Below, piece by piece: positions 1 to 12,555 of a stretch of 64,000 nt of DNA. The position numbers were made by a program, and so were the translations under genes. The notes below the pieces were generated by a model. The model was not told the origin of the DNA. It saw only the letters and a list, made by a program, of their open reading frames with translations, and ran no database searches. Each line of letters opens with the position of its first letter. Position 1 is the first letter of the stretch. The stretch comes from Mobula hypostoma (lineage: Eukaryota), in NCBI RefSeq assembly GCF_963921235.1, contig NC_086097.1:253334001-253398000 (forward strand). Reading direction: 5' to 3'.

Positions 1-1032
1 AATGCTCTGATTTATAAAGGCCAGCATACCAAAAGCTTTCTTCACCACCCTATCCACATGAGATTCCACCTTCAGGGAACTATGCACCATTATTCCTAGA
101 TCCCTCTGTTCTACAGCATTCTTCAATGCCCTACCATTTACCATGTATGTCCTATTTTGATTAGTCCTACCAAAATGTAGCACCTCATATTTTTCAGCAT
201 TAAGCTCCATCTGCCATCTTTCAGCCCACTCTTCTAACTGGCCTCAATCTCTCTGCAAGCTTTGAAAACCTACTTCATTATACACAACGCCACCTATCTT
301 AGTATCATCTGCATACTTACTCATCCAATTTACCACCCCATCATCCAGATCATTAATACCTTCGAACTACCTAGGCTTTACCCATAGTCCTCTATTTTTC
401 TAAGCTCCATGTAGCCCTCCAGGAGTCTCTTAAAAGACCCTATCGTTACCATCTCCACCACCGCTGCCGGCAGCCCATTCCACGCACTCAACACTCTGCG
501 TAAAAAACTTACCCCTGACATCTCCTCTGTACCTACTTCCAAGCACCTTAAAACTGTGCCCTCTTGTGCTAGCCATTTCAGCCCTGGGGAAAAGCCTCTG
601 ACTATCCACATGATCAATGCCTCTCATTAACTTGTACACCTTGATTAAGTCACCTCTCATCCTCCGTCACTCCAAGGAGAAAAGGCCGAGTTCACTCAAT
701 CTATTCTCATAAGGCATGCTCCCTAATCCAGGCAACATCCTTGTAAATCTCCACTGCACTGATATATGGTTCCCAAGTCCTTCCGGTAGTGAGGTGACCA
801 GAACTGAGCACGGTACTCCAAGTGGGCTCTGACCAGAGTCCTATATAGCTGCAACATTACCTCTCGGCTCTTAAACTCAATCCCACGATTGATGAAGGCC
901 AATGCACTGTATGCCTTCTTAACCAGAGAGACAACCTGCGTAGCAGCTTTGAGTGTCCTAAGGACTTGGACCCCAAGATCCCTCTGATCATCCACACTGC
1001 CAAGTGTCTGACCATTAATACTACATTCTGCT
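1..1032 (-). mobile_element. Two adjacent CR1 LINE ORF2 3' fragments
   Basis: Minus-strand peptides RDLGVQV...LVRAHLEY..QFWSPHY and MRGDLIKVYK...TRGHSFK are typical of the CR1 ORF2 C-terminus. Confidence 0.85.
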
Positions 1033-1621
1033 ATTTTCAGAGACGCTGCCTGGCCTGCTGGGTCCCACCAGCATTTTGTGCGTGTTTTACTTGGATTTCC
1101 AGCATCTGCAGATTTTCTCTTCTTTGTATTTTGATAATAAATTTACTTTGAACTTTGACTTTAGCTGAGCAGCAGAGCTAATTTAGTGACGAACTATTAA
1201 AAACATCTGGGATGAGGACCTACGTTGGTCGGGGTCAACAATGGGTGTTGCATCCCAGCTGATTACGTGATGTGCAATCAGGGACCACGCGGTTCCTCAC
1301 TGATTTCACCGACTCAGGCATCGCAGGACACTGGAACATGAGGATAGCAGGCGGTGTGTGCTGCTCTTGGAAGAAGCCCTGTTGTCGAGGGACAATTCTC
1401 TCTCTGTCTTTTGATGATGAGTCGGAAAAGCAAAACAGGAGATTGCACACTGGAAGCGTGAGTTGCTGGTCTCCGTTCTCATTGTTGTAAGAGTGATCAC
1501 TCTCGTCTTCGCTGTGGAGAGCGAGAGGCTGTCTGAGATACCAAAGGGAAGGGTTATGGATCTACCTTTCATGGACTCTAAATCCAGGTGTCTCTGAGGA
1601 GCTTTTATTATTGCTTGCATC

Positions 1622-3380
1622 GTGGGGAGGGCCGATGTCTCTACAAGTGGGGGAGGGGGAAGGGGAGGGTCGATGTCTCTACAAGTGGGGGAGGGGGAAG
1701 GGGAGGGTCGATGTCTTTACAAGTGGGGGAGGGGAAGGGGAAGGTCGATGTCTCTACAAGTGGGGGAGGGGGAAGGGGAGGGTCGATGTCTTTACAAGTG
1801 GGGGAGGGGAAAGGGGAGGGTCGATGTTTCTACAAGTGGGGGAGGGGGAAGGGGAGGGTCGATGTGTCTACAAGTGGGGGAGGGGGAAGGGGAGGGTCGA
1901 TGTTTCGGCAAGTGGGGGAGGGGGAAGGGGAGGGTCGATGTTTCTACAAGTGGGGGAGGGGAAGGGGAGGGTCGATGTTTCTGCAATGGGGAGGGGGAAG
2001 GGGAGGGTCGATGTTTCTACAAGTGGGGGAGGGGGAAGGGGAGGGTCGATGTCTCTACAAGTGGGGGAGGGGGAAGGGGAGGGTCGATGTCTCTACAAGT
2101 GGGGGAGGGGGAAGGGGAGGGTCGATGTTTCTGCAAGTGGGGGAGGGGGAAGGGGAGGGTCGATGTCTCTACAAGTGGGGGAGGGGGAAGGGGAGGGTCG
2201 ATGTTTCTACAAGTGGGGGAGGGGGAAGGGGAGGGTCGATGTCTCTACAAGTGGGGGAGGGGGAAGGGGAGGGTCGATGTCTTTACAAGTGGGGGAGGGG
2301 GAAGGGGAGGGTCGATGTTTCTACAAGTGGGGGAGGGGAAAGGGGAGGGTCGATGTATCTACAAGTGGGGGAGGGGGAAGGGGAGGGTCGATGTCTCTAC
2401 AAGTGGGGGAGGGGAAGGGGAGGGTCGATGTTTCTACAAGTGGGGGAGGGGGAAGGGGAGGGTCGATGTTTCTACAAGTGGGGGAGGGGGAAGGGGAGGG
2501 TCGATGTCTCTACAAGTGGGGGAGGGGAAGGGGAGGGTCGATGTCTCTACAAGTGGGGGAGGGGAAGGGGAGGGTCAATGTTTCTACAAGTGGGGGAGGG
2601 GAAGGGGAGGGTCGATGTTTCTACAAGTGGGGGAGGGGAAGGGAGGGTCGATGTTTCTACAAGTGGGGGAGGGGAAAGGGGAGGGTCGATGTTTCTACAA
2701 GTGGGGGAGGGGAAAGGGGAGGGTCGATGTTTCTACAAGTGGGGGAGGGGGAAGGGGAGGGTCGATGTTTCTACAAGTGGGGGAGGGGGAAGGGGAGGGT
2801 CGATGTTTCTACAAGTGGGGGAGGGGAAGGGGAGGGTCGATGTTTCTACAAGTGGGGGAGGGGAAGGGGAGGGTCGATGTCTTTACAAGTGGGGGAGGGG
2901 AAGGGGAGGGTCGATGTTTCTACAAGTGGGGGAGGGGAAGGGGAGGGTCGATGTTTCTACAAGTGGGGGAGGGGGAAGGGGAGGGTCGATGTTTCTACAA
3001 GTGGGGGAGGGGGAAGGGGAGGGTCGATGTTTCTACAAGTGGGGGGGAAGGGGAGGGTCGATGTTTCTACAAGTGGGGGAGGGGGAAGGGGAGGGTCGAT
3101 GTCTTTACAAGTGGGGGAGGGGGAAGGGGAGGGTCCTTGTTTCTGCAATGGGGGAGGGGAAGGGGAGGGTCCTTGTTTCTGCAATGGGGAGGGGAAGGGG
3201 AGGGTCCTTGTTTCTGCAATGGGGAGGGGAAGGGGAGGGTCCTTGTTTCTGCAATGGGGGAGGGGGAAGGGGAGGGTCGATGTTTCTGCAATGGGGAGGG
3301 GGAAGGGGAGGGTCGATGTTTCTGCAATGGGGAGGGGAAGGGGAGGGTCTTTGTTTCTGCAATGGGGAGGGGAGGGTGGA
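1622..3380. repeat. G-rich minisatellite, 37-38 bp unit (TCTACAAGTGGGGGAGGGGGAAGGGGAGGGTCGATGTT), roughly 45 copies
   Basis: Direct tandem periodicity (acaagt at 1643, 1681...); the last units switch to a CTGCAATGGGG variant. Confidence 0.97.
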
Positions 3381-4119
3381 TGTTTTTGCTGCTGTTTCTG
3401 TGTGGGAGTGGAGGGCGCTCTGGGATTGAGAAGTTGTTATTCATCCCTGGGATTTCTTGTTTCATGTCTGTCTGTGAGGAGTAATAATTTCCGGATGTAT
3501 ATCGATTCTCTGTAGTTAAATTGAACGATTTAAACTATTTTGCGTGGTTTATGGAGCGGAGGCTGTTTCCGGAGAGGCAGGCTCCCCCTCTCCACGCAGT
3601 TGATCATTAGAAAGGAACGGCGGAGACCGATACCATTTGGCACCAGCGGCACCGCAAGTTTTGCCAGTCAGCATTGAAGTCAACGTAGGCGTATCCCCAC
3701 CACGGCTTTATCATTTCCTGTCAGAATCACCGTATCTGCAGACACTCTTGTGTCTCGCATCACTTTGTGGGCATACAATCAATCTCTGAATGTAAGCTAC
3801 GTTATGTATTGATATTTATTGTGTTTTTACTGTTGATATTTTCTGATTTATCTATTGTGTATCTTTTGTTTGCGCTGAATCGGATCTGGGATATCAATTA
3901 TTTCATTCTCCTTCACACTTGCGTCCTGGAAATGAAATTAAACAATCTTGAGTCGAGAATCTTTAACCTGTTGTCACACGTTCGATGAAAACGGCAGTCC
4001 CGAGTTCCGTGTGTTCCTGCCGCCACCTGGCGGACACTGGCTGCATTACAGACAGTGTCTGCTGAAAGCTTTCTATGTCGCCCACGCGAGATGCCGGGAG
4101 CTGGGCCGGTCCGGCAGCC

Positions 4120-6310
4120 CTTATTGAGACGTTTCAGGCCAGACCCTCCGTTAAGACGGGAAAGGAAGGGGGAGGAAGCCAAAATAAAAAGGTAAGGGGG
4201 GAGGGGAAGGAGGATAGCTGAAATGTCATAGTCATAGTCATACTTTACTGAGCCCGGGGGAAATTGGTTTTCGTTACAGTTGCACCATAAATAATAAATA
4301 GTAATAGAACCATAAATAGTAATATGTAAATTATGCCAGTAAATTAAGAAATAAGTCCAGGACCAGCCTATCGGCTCAGGGTGTCTGACCCTCCAAGGGA
4401 GGGGTTGTAAAGTTTGATGGCCACAGACAGGAATGACTTCCTATGACGCTCTGTGTTGCATCTCGGAGGAATGAGTCTCTGGCTGAATGTACTCCTGTGC
4501 CCACCCAGTACATTATGTAGTGGATGGGAGACATTGTCCAAGATGGCATGCAACTTAGACAGCATCCTCTTTTCAAACACCACCGTGAGAGAGTCCAGTT
4601 CCATCCCCACAACATCACTGGCCTTACGAATGAGTTTGTTGATTCTGTTGGTGTCTGCTACCCTCAGCCTGCTGCCCCAGCACACAACAGCAAACATGAT
4701 CACACTGGCCACCACAGACTTGTAGAACATCCTCAGCATCGTCCGGCAGATGTTAAAGGACCTCAGTCTCCTCAGGAAATAGAGACGGCTCTGACCCTTC
4801 TTGTAGACAGCCTCAGTGTTCTTTGACCAGTCCAGTTTATTGTCAATTTGTATCCCCAGGTATTTTTAATCCTCCACCATGTCCACACTGACCCCCTGGA
4901 TGGAAACAGGGGTCACCAGTACCTTAGCTCTCCTCAGGTCTACCACCAGCTCCTTAGTCTTTTTCACATTAAGCTACAGATAATTCTGCTCACACCATGT
5001 GACAAAGTTTCCTACCGTAGCCCTGTACTCAACCTCATCTCCCTTGCTGATGCATCCAACTATGGCAGAGTCATCCGAAAACTTCTGAAGATAGGTGAAG
5101 CCTGGTGGATAGGAAAAGTCAAGGGCTGGGGTGGAAGGGATCAGTTAGGAGAGGAGAGTGGATCATAGGAGAAAGGGAAGGGGGAGGGGACCAAGGGCGG
5201 AGGCAATAGGCAAGTGAGAAGAGGGAAGAGGAAGAGAGCCAATTTCCCCCGGGATCAATAAAGTATGACTATGACTATGACTATAGAAGAAGAGGGGAGG
5301 GGGAGGGAATTTTTTTACCGAAAGGAAAAATCAATATGCATGCCATCAGGTTGGAGGCTATCGAGATGTTGTTCCTCCACACTGGGAGTGGTCTGCTCTT
5401 GGCATAAGATGAGGCCATGTCAGAACAGGATGGTAATCGGAATTGAAGTGTCTGGCCACCGTGAAGTCCTGCTTGTGGTAGATGGAGGAAAGGTTCTCGA
5501 CGAGGTGGTCCCCCAATTTACAATGGGCCTCACCAATGTAGAGGTGGCCATATCAGGAGCACCGGACGATCCCGGTGGATTCACGGGTGAAGTATTGCCT
5601 GAATGGGAAGGATAGTTTTGGGCCTGAATGGACGTGAGGGAGGAGATGGATTGGCAGGGGTAGCAATTGGCCACTTGCGGGAAAAGTGCCAGGAGAGAGA
5701 TGAATGGACATGGGAATCACAGAGGGAGCGATCCCTACAGGAAGTGGAGAGGGGGAGGGAAAGGTGTGTTTAATGGTATGATTCATTTGGAGATGGTGGT
5801 GGCTGCAGAGATTAACATGTTGGATGCGGAGGCTCGTGGGGTGGCAGGTATGGACAAGAGGAACTCTATCACTGTTAAGGTAGAGGGAAGATGGGGTGAG
5901 CGCAGATGTCTGGGAAATGGAGGAGATGCAGGTGAGTTTAGGGCAGTATCAATGATGGAGGAAGGAAATTCCCATTTGTTGAAGAAGGAGGACATCTCTG
6001 ATGTCCTGGGACAGATGTGGTGGAGACAAAGGACCTGAAAAAGAGAATAGTATTTTTACAGGAGACAGTGTGGGAAGAGGTCGAGTCAAGATTGCCATGG
6101 GAATTGGTAGGTTTTTTAAAAGATGTTGGTCAAAAATTTGTCTCCAGAGATGGATACAGAGATTGAGAAAGGGGAGGGAGGTGTCAAAAATGGACCAAGT
6201 GAATTTAAGGGCAGGGTGGAAGCTGAAGGTAAAATTGATGAAATTGATTAGCTCAGCTTGGGTACAGGAAGTAGCACCAATGCAGAGCGGGAAGAGCTGG
6301 GGAGCATTAC
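4120..6310 (-). mobile_element. Decayed Penelope-like element, interrupted by Rex1-type insertions
   Basis: Similar to the Penelope copy at 57473-58366; peptides IQAQ/GPK-SF and MSSFFNKWEFPSSIIDTAL; degenerate terminal repeat at 4122-4160. Confidence 0.75.
4226..5090 (-). mobile_element. Rex1/Babar-type LINE 3' fragment with (ATGACT)n tail
   Basis: Peptide MLRMFYKSVVASVIMFAVVCWG; AATAAA-like signal plus tandem tail; same family as 44610-45347. Confidence 0.8.
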
Positions 6311-6429
6311 TCTGTTCAGATATAATGGGAACACCTGAAGGTCCTGTGTATCCAATTCATCTCGCGTTTTCAATTTAGTTGCTTCAGATAAACAAATGGA
6401 ACATTCCCTCAGGATTTGTATTGGAAATG

Positions 6430-9400
6430 TTTGCAATGGAAATGGTGATGTACCCGAGGATTGGAGGACAGCTAATGTTGTTCCACTGTTTAAGAAAGGC
6501 TCTAAAAATAAACCAAGATATTATAGGCAGGTGAGCCTGACATTAGTTGTGGGATATTAATAAGGTTGAAAGAGTGCAGAGAAGGTTTACAAGGATGTTG
6601 CCGGGACTTGAGAAACTCAGTTACAGAGGAAGGTTGAATAGGTTAGGACTTTATTCCCTGGAGCGTAGAAGAATGAGGAGAGATTTGATAGAGGTATATA
6701 GAGGTATCTTTTTTAACATCTAAGAATAAATTGGACAGATACATGGATGGGAGGTGTATGGAGGGATATGGTCCGTGTGCAGGTCAGTGGGACTAGGCAG
6801 AAAATGGTTCAGCACAGCCAAGAAGGGCCAAAAGGCCTGTTTCTGTGCTGTAGTTTTTCTATGGTTTCTATGGTTTTCTTTGGAAAGTTATTGGAAGGTA
6901 TTCTAAGGGACTGGATATATTTGGATAGATGTGGACTGATTAGGGATAATGTGTTTCTTCAAATACATAAAGTATAAAGGAGAGGCGAGAGTGAATATTG
7001 GACCGCTGGAAAGCGATGCCGGAGAGAAAGTAATGAGGGACAAGGAAATGGCAAGACTAACTGAATATGTATTTTGCATCAGTCTTCACTGTGGAAGACA
7101 CTAGCAGCATGGTGGAAATTCCAGCTGTCAGGGGTCATGAAGTGTGTGAAGATACCATTACTAGAGAGGAGGTTCTTGGGAAACTGGAAGGCCTGAAGGT
7201 AGATAAGTCACCTGGACCAGATGGTGTACACTCCAGGGTTCTGAAAGAGGTGCCTGAAGAGATTATGGAGGCACTTGTAATGATCTTTCAGGAATCACTA
7301 GATTCTGGTATGGTTCTGGAAGACTGGAAGATTGCAAATGTCACTTCACTCTTTAAGAAGGGAGAGAAAGCAAAGGGAAGGAAATTATAGGAAAGTTAGT
7401 CTGGGAAGATGTTGGCATCAGTTATCAAATATAAGGTCTCAGGGTACTTGGAGGCTCATGATAAAATAGGCTGCAGTCAGCATGGTTTCCTCAAGGGAAA
7501 ATCTTACCTGACAAATCTGCTGGAATTCTTTGAGGAAATTACAAACAGGATAGACAGAGTGGAATCAGTTGATGTTGTGTACTTGGATTTTCAGAAGGCC
7601 TTTGACAAGGTGTCACACATGAGGCTGCTTAACAAGCTACGAGCCCATGGTATTACAGCAAAGATTCTAGCGTGGATAAGGCAGTGGCTGGTTGGCAGGA
7701 GGCAAAGAGTGGGAATAAAGGGAGCCTTTTCTGGTTGGCTGCCAGTAACTAGAGATGTTCTACAGGAGTTGGTGTTGGGACCGATTTCTTACATTGTATG
7801 TCAGTGATGTGGATGATGGAATTGATGGCTTTATTGCAAAGTTTGCAGGCGATACGGAGATAGGTGGAAGGGCAGGTGGCTTTGAGGAAATAAAGAAGCT
7901 ACAGAGGACTTAGACAGATTAGAAGAATGGGCAAAGAAATTGCAGGTGGAATGCAGACTATTTCCAAAAGGAGAGAAAATATAAAAAACTGAGGCACAAA
8001 GGGATTTGGGAATCCTTGTGCAGGATTCCCTAAAGGTTCATTTGCAGATTGAGTCTGTAGTGAGGAAGGCAAATGCAATGTTAGCATTCAATTCAAGAAG
8101 ATCAGAATATAAAAGCAAGGATGTAATGCTGAGACTTGATAAAGCACTGGTGAGGCCTCACGTGGAGTGTTGTGAGCAGTTTTGGGCCCCTTATCTTAGA
8201 AAGGATGTGCTGAAACTGGAGAGAGTTCAAAGGAGGTTCACAAAAATGATCCCAGGATTGAATAGCTTGTCGTATGAAGACCGTTTGCTGGCTCTGGGCC
8301 TGAATTCAGAAGAGTGAGTGGTGGCCTCATTGAAACCTATCAAATGGTGAAAGGCCTTGATAGAGTGGATGTGGAGAGGATGTTTCCTGTGGTGGGAGAG
8401 TCTAAGACCAGAGAACACAGCCTCAGAATATGGACGTGTTGTTTTAGAATGGAGATGAGGGGAAATTTCTTTAGCCAGAAAGTGATGAATTTGTGGAATT
8501 CGTTGCCACAGGCAGCTGTGGAGGCCAATTCCTTATGTATATTTAAGGCAGAAGTTGATAGATTCTTGTTTGGTCAGGGCATGAAAGGAAATGGTGAGAA
8601 GACTGGAGATTGGGGCTGAGAGGAAAATTAGATCAACCATTATGAAACATCGGAGCAGACTTGATAGGCCAGATGGCCCAATTCTGCTCCTATATCTTAC
8701 GCTCTTATGGTCAGCATGGCTTTGTGCATGGTAGGTTGTGTCTACCCAGTCACAGAGTTTTTTGAGGAAGTTATCAGGAAAGTTGATGAAGGCAAGGCAG
8801 TGGATGTTGTGTAGATGGGCTTTAACAAGGCATTCGATCAGGGCCCACATGGGAAGTTGATCAAGAAGGTTCAGTTGCTCAGCTTTCAAGATGAGGTGGT
8901 AAATTGGATTAGGCATTGGGTTTATGGGAGAAGCCAGGGATTAGTAGTAGATGGTTGCCTTTCTGACTGGAGGCCTGTGACTAGTGGAGTGCCGCTGGGA
9001 TCGGTGATGGATCTGTTGTTGTTTGTCCTCTATATCAATGATCTGGATAATAATGTGATTAACTGGATTGGTAAATTTGTGGATGACACCAAGACTGGTG
9101 TTGTAGTGGACAGTGAGGAAGGCTATCATGGCTTACAGAGGGATCTGCATCAGCCGGAAAAATGGGATGAAAAATGGCAGATGGAAGTTAATGCAGACAA
9201 GTGCAAGGTTTTGCACTCCAATCAGACCAACCTGGGTAGGTCTTACACTGTGAACAGTAAGATACTGACGAGTGTGTTACAACAAAGGGATCTGGGAATA
9301 CAGGTACACATAATTTATTGAAAGTGGTGTCACAGGTAGATAGGGTCATAAAGAAAGCATTCGGCACATTGGCCTTCGTAAATGAATGTATTGAGTATAG

Positions 9401-9975
9401 GAGATGGGATGCTATGTTGAAGTTGTATAAGACATTGGTGAGGCCTAATTTGGAATATTGTGTGCAGTTTTGGTGACATACCTACAGCAAAGACGTAAAC
9501 AAGGTTGAAAGAGTGCAGAGAAAATTTACAAGGATGTTGCCAGGTCTGGAGGACCTGAGTTATAAGGAACGATTGAATAGGTTCAGACTGTATTCTTTAG
9601 CACATAGAAGATTGAGAGGAGCTTTGACAGAGGTACACAAAATTATGAGGAGTATAGATAGGGTAAAAGCAAGCAGACTTTTTCCACTGAGGTTGAGAGG
9701 AACTACAACTGGAGGTCAAGAGTTAGGGTGTAAGGTGAAAAGTTTAAGGGGAACAAGAAGGAAACTTCTTCACACAGAGGGTGGTGAGAGTGTGGAATGA
9801 GCTGCCAGCACAAGTGGTCCATGCAAACTCGATTTCAACATTTAAGAAGAGAAGTTTGGATAGGTACATGGATGGCAGGGGTACAGAGGGCTCTGGTCCT
9901 GGTGCAGGTCGATGGGAGTTGATTTGGACCAGATAGCTGAAATGTCTGTTTCTGCGCTGAACTTTTCTATGACCC
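6430..9975 (+). mobile_element. Nested cluster of CR1 LINE fragments (one copy interrupted by two others)
   Basis: [31 protein letters not shown] and KFVDDTK motifs; internal CR1 3' tails near 6870 and 8705. Confidence 0.85.
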
Positions 9976-10071
9976 TATTCTACTCATGAAATTAGAAGTC
10001 CCTCTAATTTCATCTTGCAATGATTCTGTCTGATCTGAATCTTTTAACGTTCGGTCGAAAAACTGAATTTA

Positions 10072-10174
10072 AAGCAATATTTACAAAATGCTGGAGGAAC
10101 TGAGCAGATCAGGCAGCATCTATGGAAATGAATAATCAGTTGATGTTTTAGGCTGAGATCTTTCATCAGGACTT
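10072..10174 (-). mobile_element. Penelope terminal-repeat mini-copy with degenerate hammerhead motif
   Basis: Reverse complement reads AGTC-CTGATGA-...-AAAA-CATC-AACTG followed by the shared GATGCTGCCTG...CCAGCATTTTGT tail. Confidence 0.75.
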
Positions 10175-10564
10175 GTCCACTTTTTGTGTGTCCCTCATGA
10201 CATGAAATACCTTTGGCCAGTTCATAAAAAAATATTCATCTAAAACGGGGTGCTCGGACTGCTCAGTTAATGGTCGGAGTCTCTGGTATAAAAAAGGTTT
10301 GCAAAACCTTGATCTAAACCCACATGATCTACCTAATTTAATCGACTTCTGAAATCTGCAAATCCCACCCTATACCTCATTCTCACCTCCACCATTCTTC
10401 CTGCATTCTGCACCAAATGAAACGCGCTCAGAATCCACCTTATTAGGTACGCAAACACCTTCCGCTGCCGTAACTCACCTACTCCAAAGTTCAGCAGGTT
10501 GTGCTCTTCTACACACCACTGTTCTAACATGTGGTTATTTGAGTTATCACTACCTTCTTGTCAG

Positions 10565-11740
10565 TTTAAAGTTCAAAGTTCAAAGTAAATTTATTATCAA
10601 AGTACATATATGTCACCACATACAGTACAACCCTTGAGGACATTCACAGTAAATACAAGAGACACAACAGACCGAATCAAAAACTGCACACAACAAGACG
10701 GACAAACTGTGCAAATACAAAAAAAGTAATATTAATAATAAATAAACAATAAATATCAAGAACACGAGATGAAGAGTCCTTGAAAGTGAATCCATTGGTT
10801 GTAGACACAGTGACGGGGCAAGTGAAGTTGAGTGAAGTTATCCCCTTTGGCTCTAGAACCTGATGGTTGAGGGCAATAACTGTTCCTGAACCTGGTGATG
10901 TGGGTCCTGAGGCTCCTGTACCTTCTTCCTCATGGCAGCAGTGAGAAGAGAGCATGCCCTGGGTGGTGGGGGTCCCTGATGATGGATGCTGCTTTCCTGT
11001 GACAATGCTCTACGCAGATGTGCTCAGTGTTGGGGAGGGCTTTACCCTTGATGGACTAGGCTGTACCCTCTACTTTTTGTAGGAATTTCCAATCAAGGGC
11101 ATTGGTGTTTTCATACCAGGCCATGATGCACCAGTCAATATACTGTTCGCCACACATCTGTAAAGGTTTGTTAAAGCTTGAGAAGTCATGTGGAATCTTT
11201 GCTAACCTACTGCCATGCTGTCTTCAAAATGGCACCTGGGCTCTGGCCCCAGGACAGGTCCTCCAAACTGATAACACCAAGGAATTTAAAGTTGCTGACC
11301 CCTCTCCACTTCTGATTCCCCAATAAAGACTGGCTCATGGACCTCCGGTTTCTTCTTCCTGAAGTCAATAATCAGCTCCCTGGTCTTTCTGACATTGAGT
11401 GAGAGGTTGTTGTTGTGGCTCCACTCAACCACTCCCTATATACTGATTCGTCATCACCTTTTGCCCTCTTCAAATCATCCAATGAATCGAGAAGCCCTCG
11501 AGTCTAACAACCATGTCCTGATTGAGCCATGTCTCCATAAAACACAGAACACAGCAATTCCTCATTTCCCTCCAATACAGCTGTTTTGCCCTTAGCTCCT
11601 CAATCCTGTTTTCCGGTGACTGTACATTTGCTGGGTAGAGGAACTCCTTTCATTCCACGGCATTTCAGTCTGGCTTGGAGTCCTCCCCTCCTGCCCTCCT
11701 TCTCTTCTGGCCATGGCAATGCACCCTCATCCATTTAAAA
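10565..11740 (-). mobile_element. Internally deleted Rex1/Babar-type LINE
   Basis: Endonuclease remnants ANVQSPENRIEELRA and CFMETWL, 3' ORF remnants, and an AATAAA + (TTTGAAC)n tail. Confidence 0.7.
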
Positions 11741-11949
11741 GTGCTGAATCTGCATTCCTGAAAGCTGGATCCTTTAGGATATCGTAAAATTGCTAGTTCA
11801 TTAAGATGGTTCAAAAGTACCTTACAAAGTGAAACTACAAGCTGCATATCACAGCGATAGTAGGTCAGAAGAGGTATATATAGTAGTTCTCTGAACTGCC
11901 CACAAAACATTGCTGTGTATCGACAGCGTTATTTTGATCAGCTTGGAAT

Positions 11950-12317
11950 AATCTGGCTATTCTCAGACCTCTCTTATTAACAAGGTGCTTTTGCTCACAG
12001 AATTGCCACTCACTGGATGTTTTTTCTGGTTTTCGCACCATTCTCTGCTCTAGAGACTATTGTGCAAGAAAACCCCAGCAGATCAGCAGCTTCTGAGATA
12101 CTCAAACCACCCCATCTGGCACCAGCAATCATTCCACTGTCAAAGTCACTTAGATCACATTTCTTCCCCATTCTGATGTTCGGTTTGAACAACAACTGAC
12201 CTCTTGACCATGTCTGCTTGCTTTTATGCATTGAGTTACCTCCACATGATTGGCTGATTAGATATTTGCATTAATGAGCCGGTGTACAGGTGTACCTAAC
12301 AAGGTGGCCACTGAGTG
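11950..12317 (-). mobile_element. Tc1/mariner fragment (transposase N-terminus and one terminal inverted repeat)
   Basis: MGKKCDLSDFDSGMIAGAR...SISEAADLLGFS; terminal GTGGCCACTGAGTG followed by TA; same family as 26713-27213. Confidence 0.8.
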
Positions 12318-12555
12318 TATTTTGCCCACTGCAGCCAGGGAGAGCATGGGACCATTTTTTAATAACTGCAAAGATTATCATTGATTTGAACTTCATCATC
12401 TCCAAGCTGGGTGCTGGATCCATTGGCAAAATTCACAGTTCACAAGTCACAGATGCATTAGAGAGGTTAAAAACCCTGACTCCAGGAAAGCCAAATTCTT
12501 GCCCTCTCTTGAAAGAGAGCAACGATCTATAAATTTGCATGCATAGCAGTGTTCT

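Noticed and set aside
1588..3515. Three overlapping ORFs of more than 600 aa rich in Gly/Arg/Glu
   Set aside because: They arise because the minisatellite unit has no stop codon; all three frames are open and unit length varies between 37 and 38 bp
10470..10545. Strong minus-strand donor (TAG|GTGAGT) after a short ORF in non-repetitive sequence
   Set aside because: No recognisable protein and no convincing acceptor; a non-coding exon cannot be excluded
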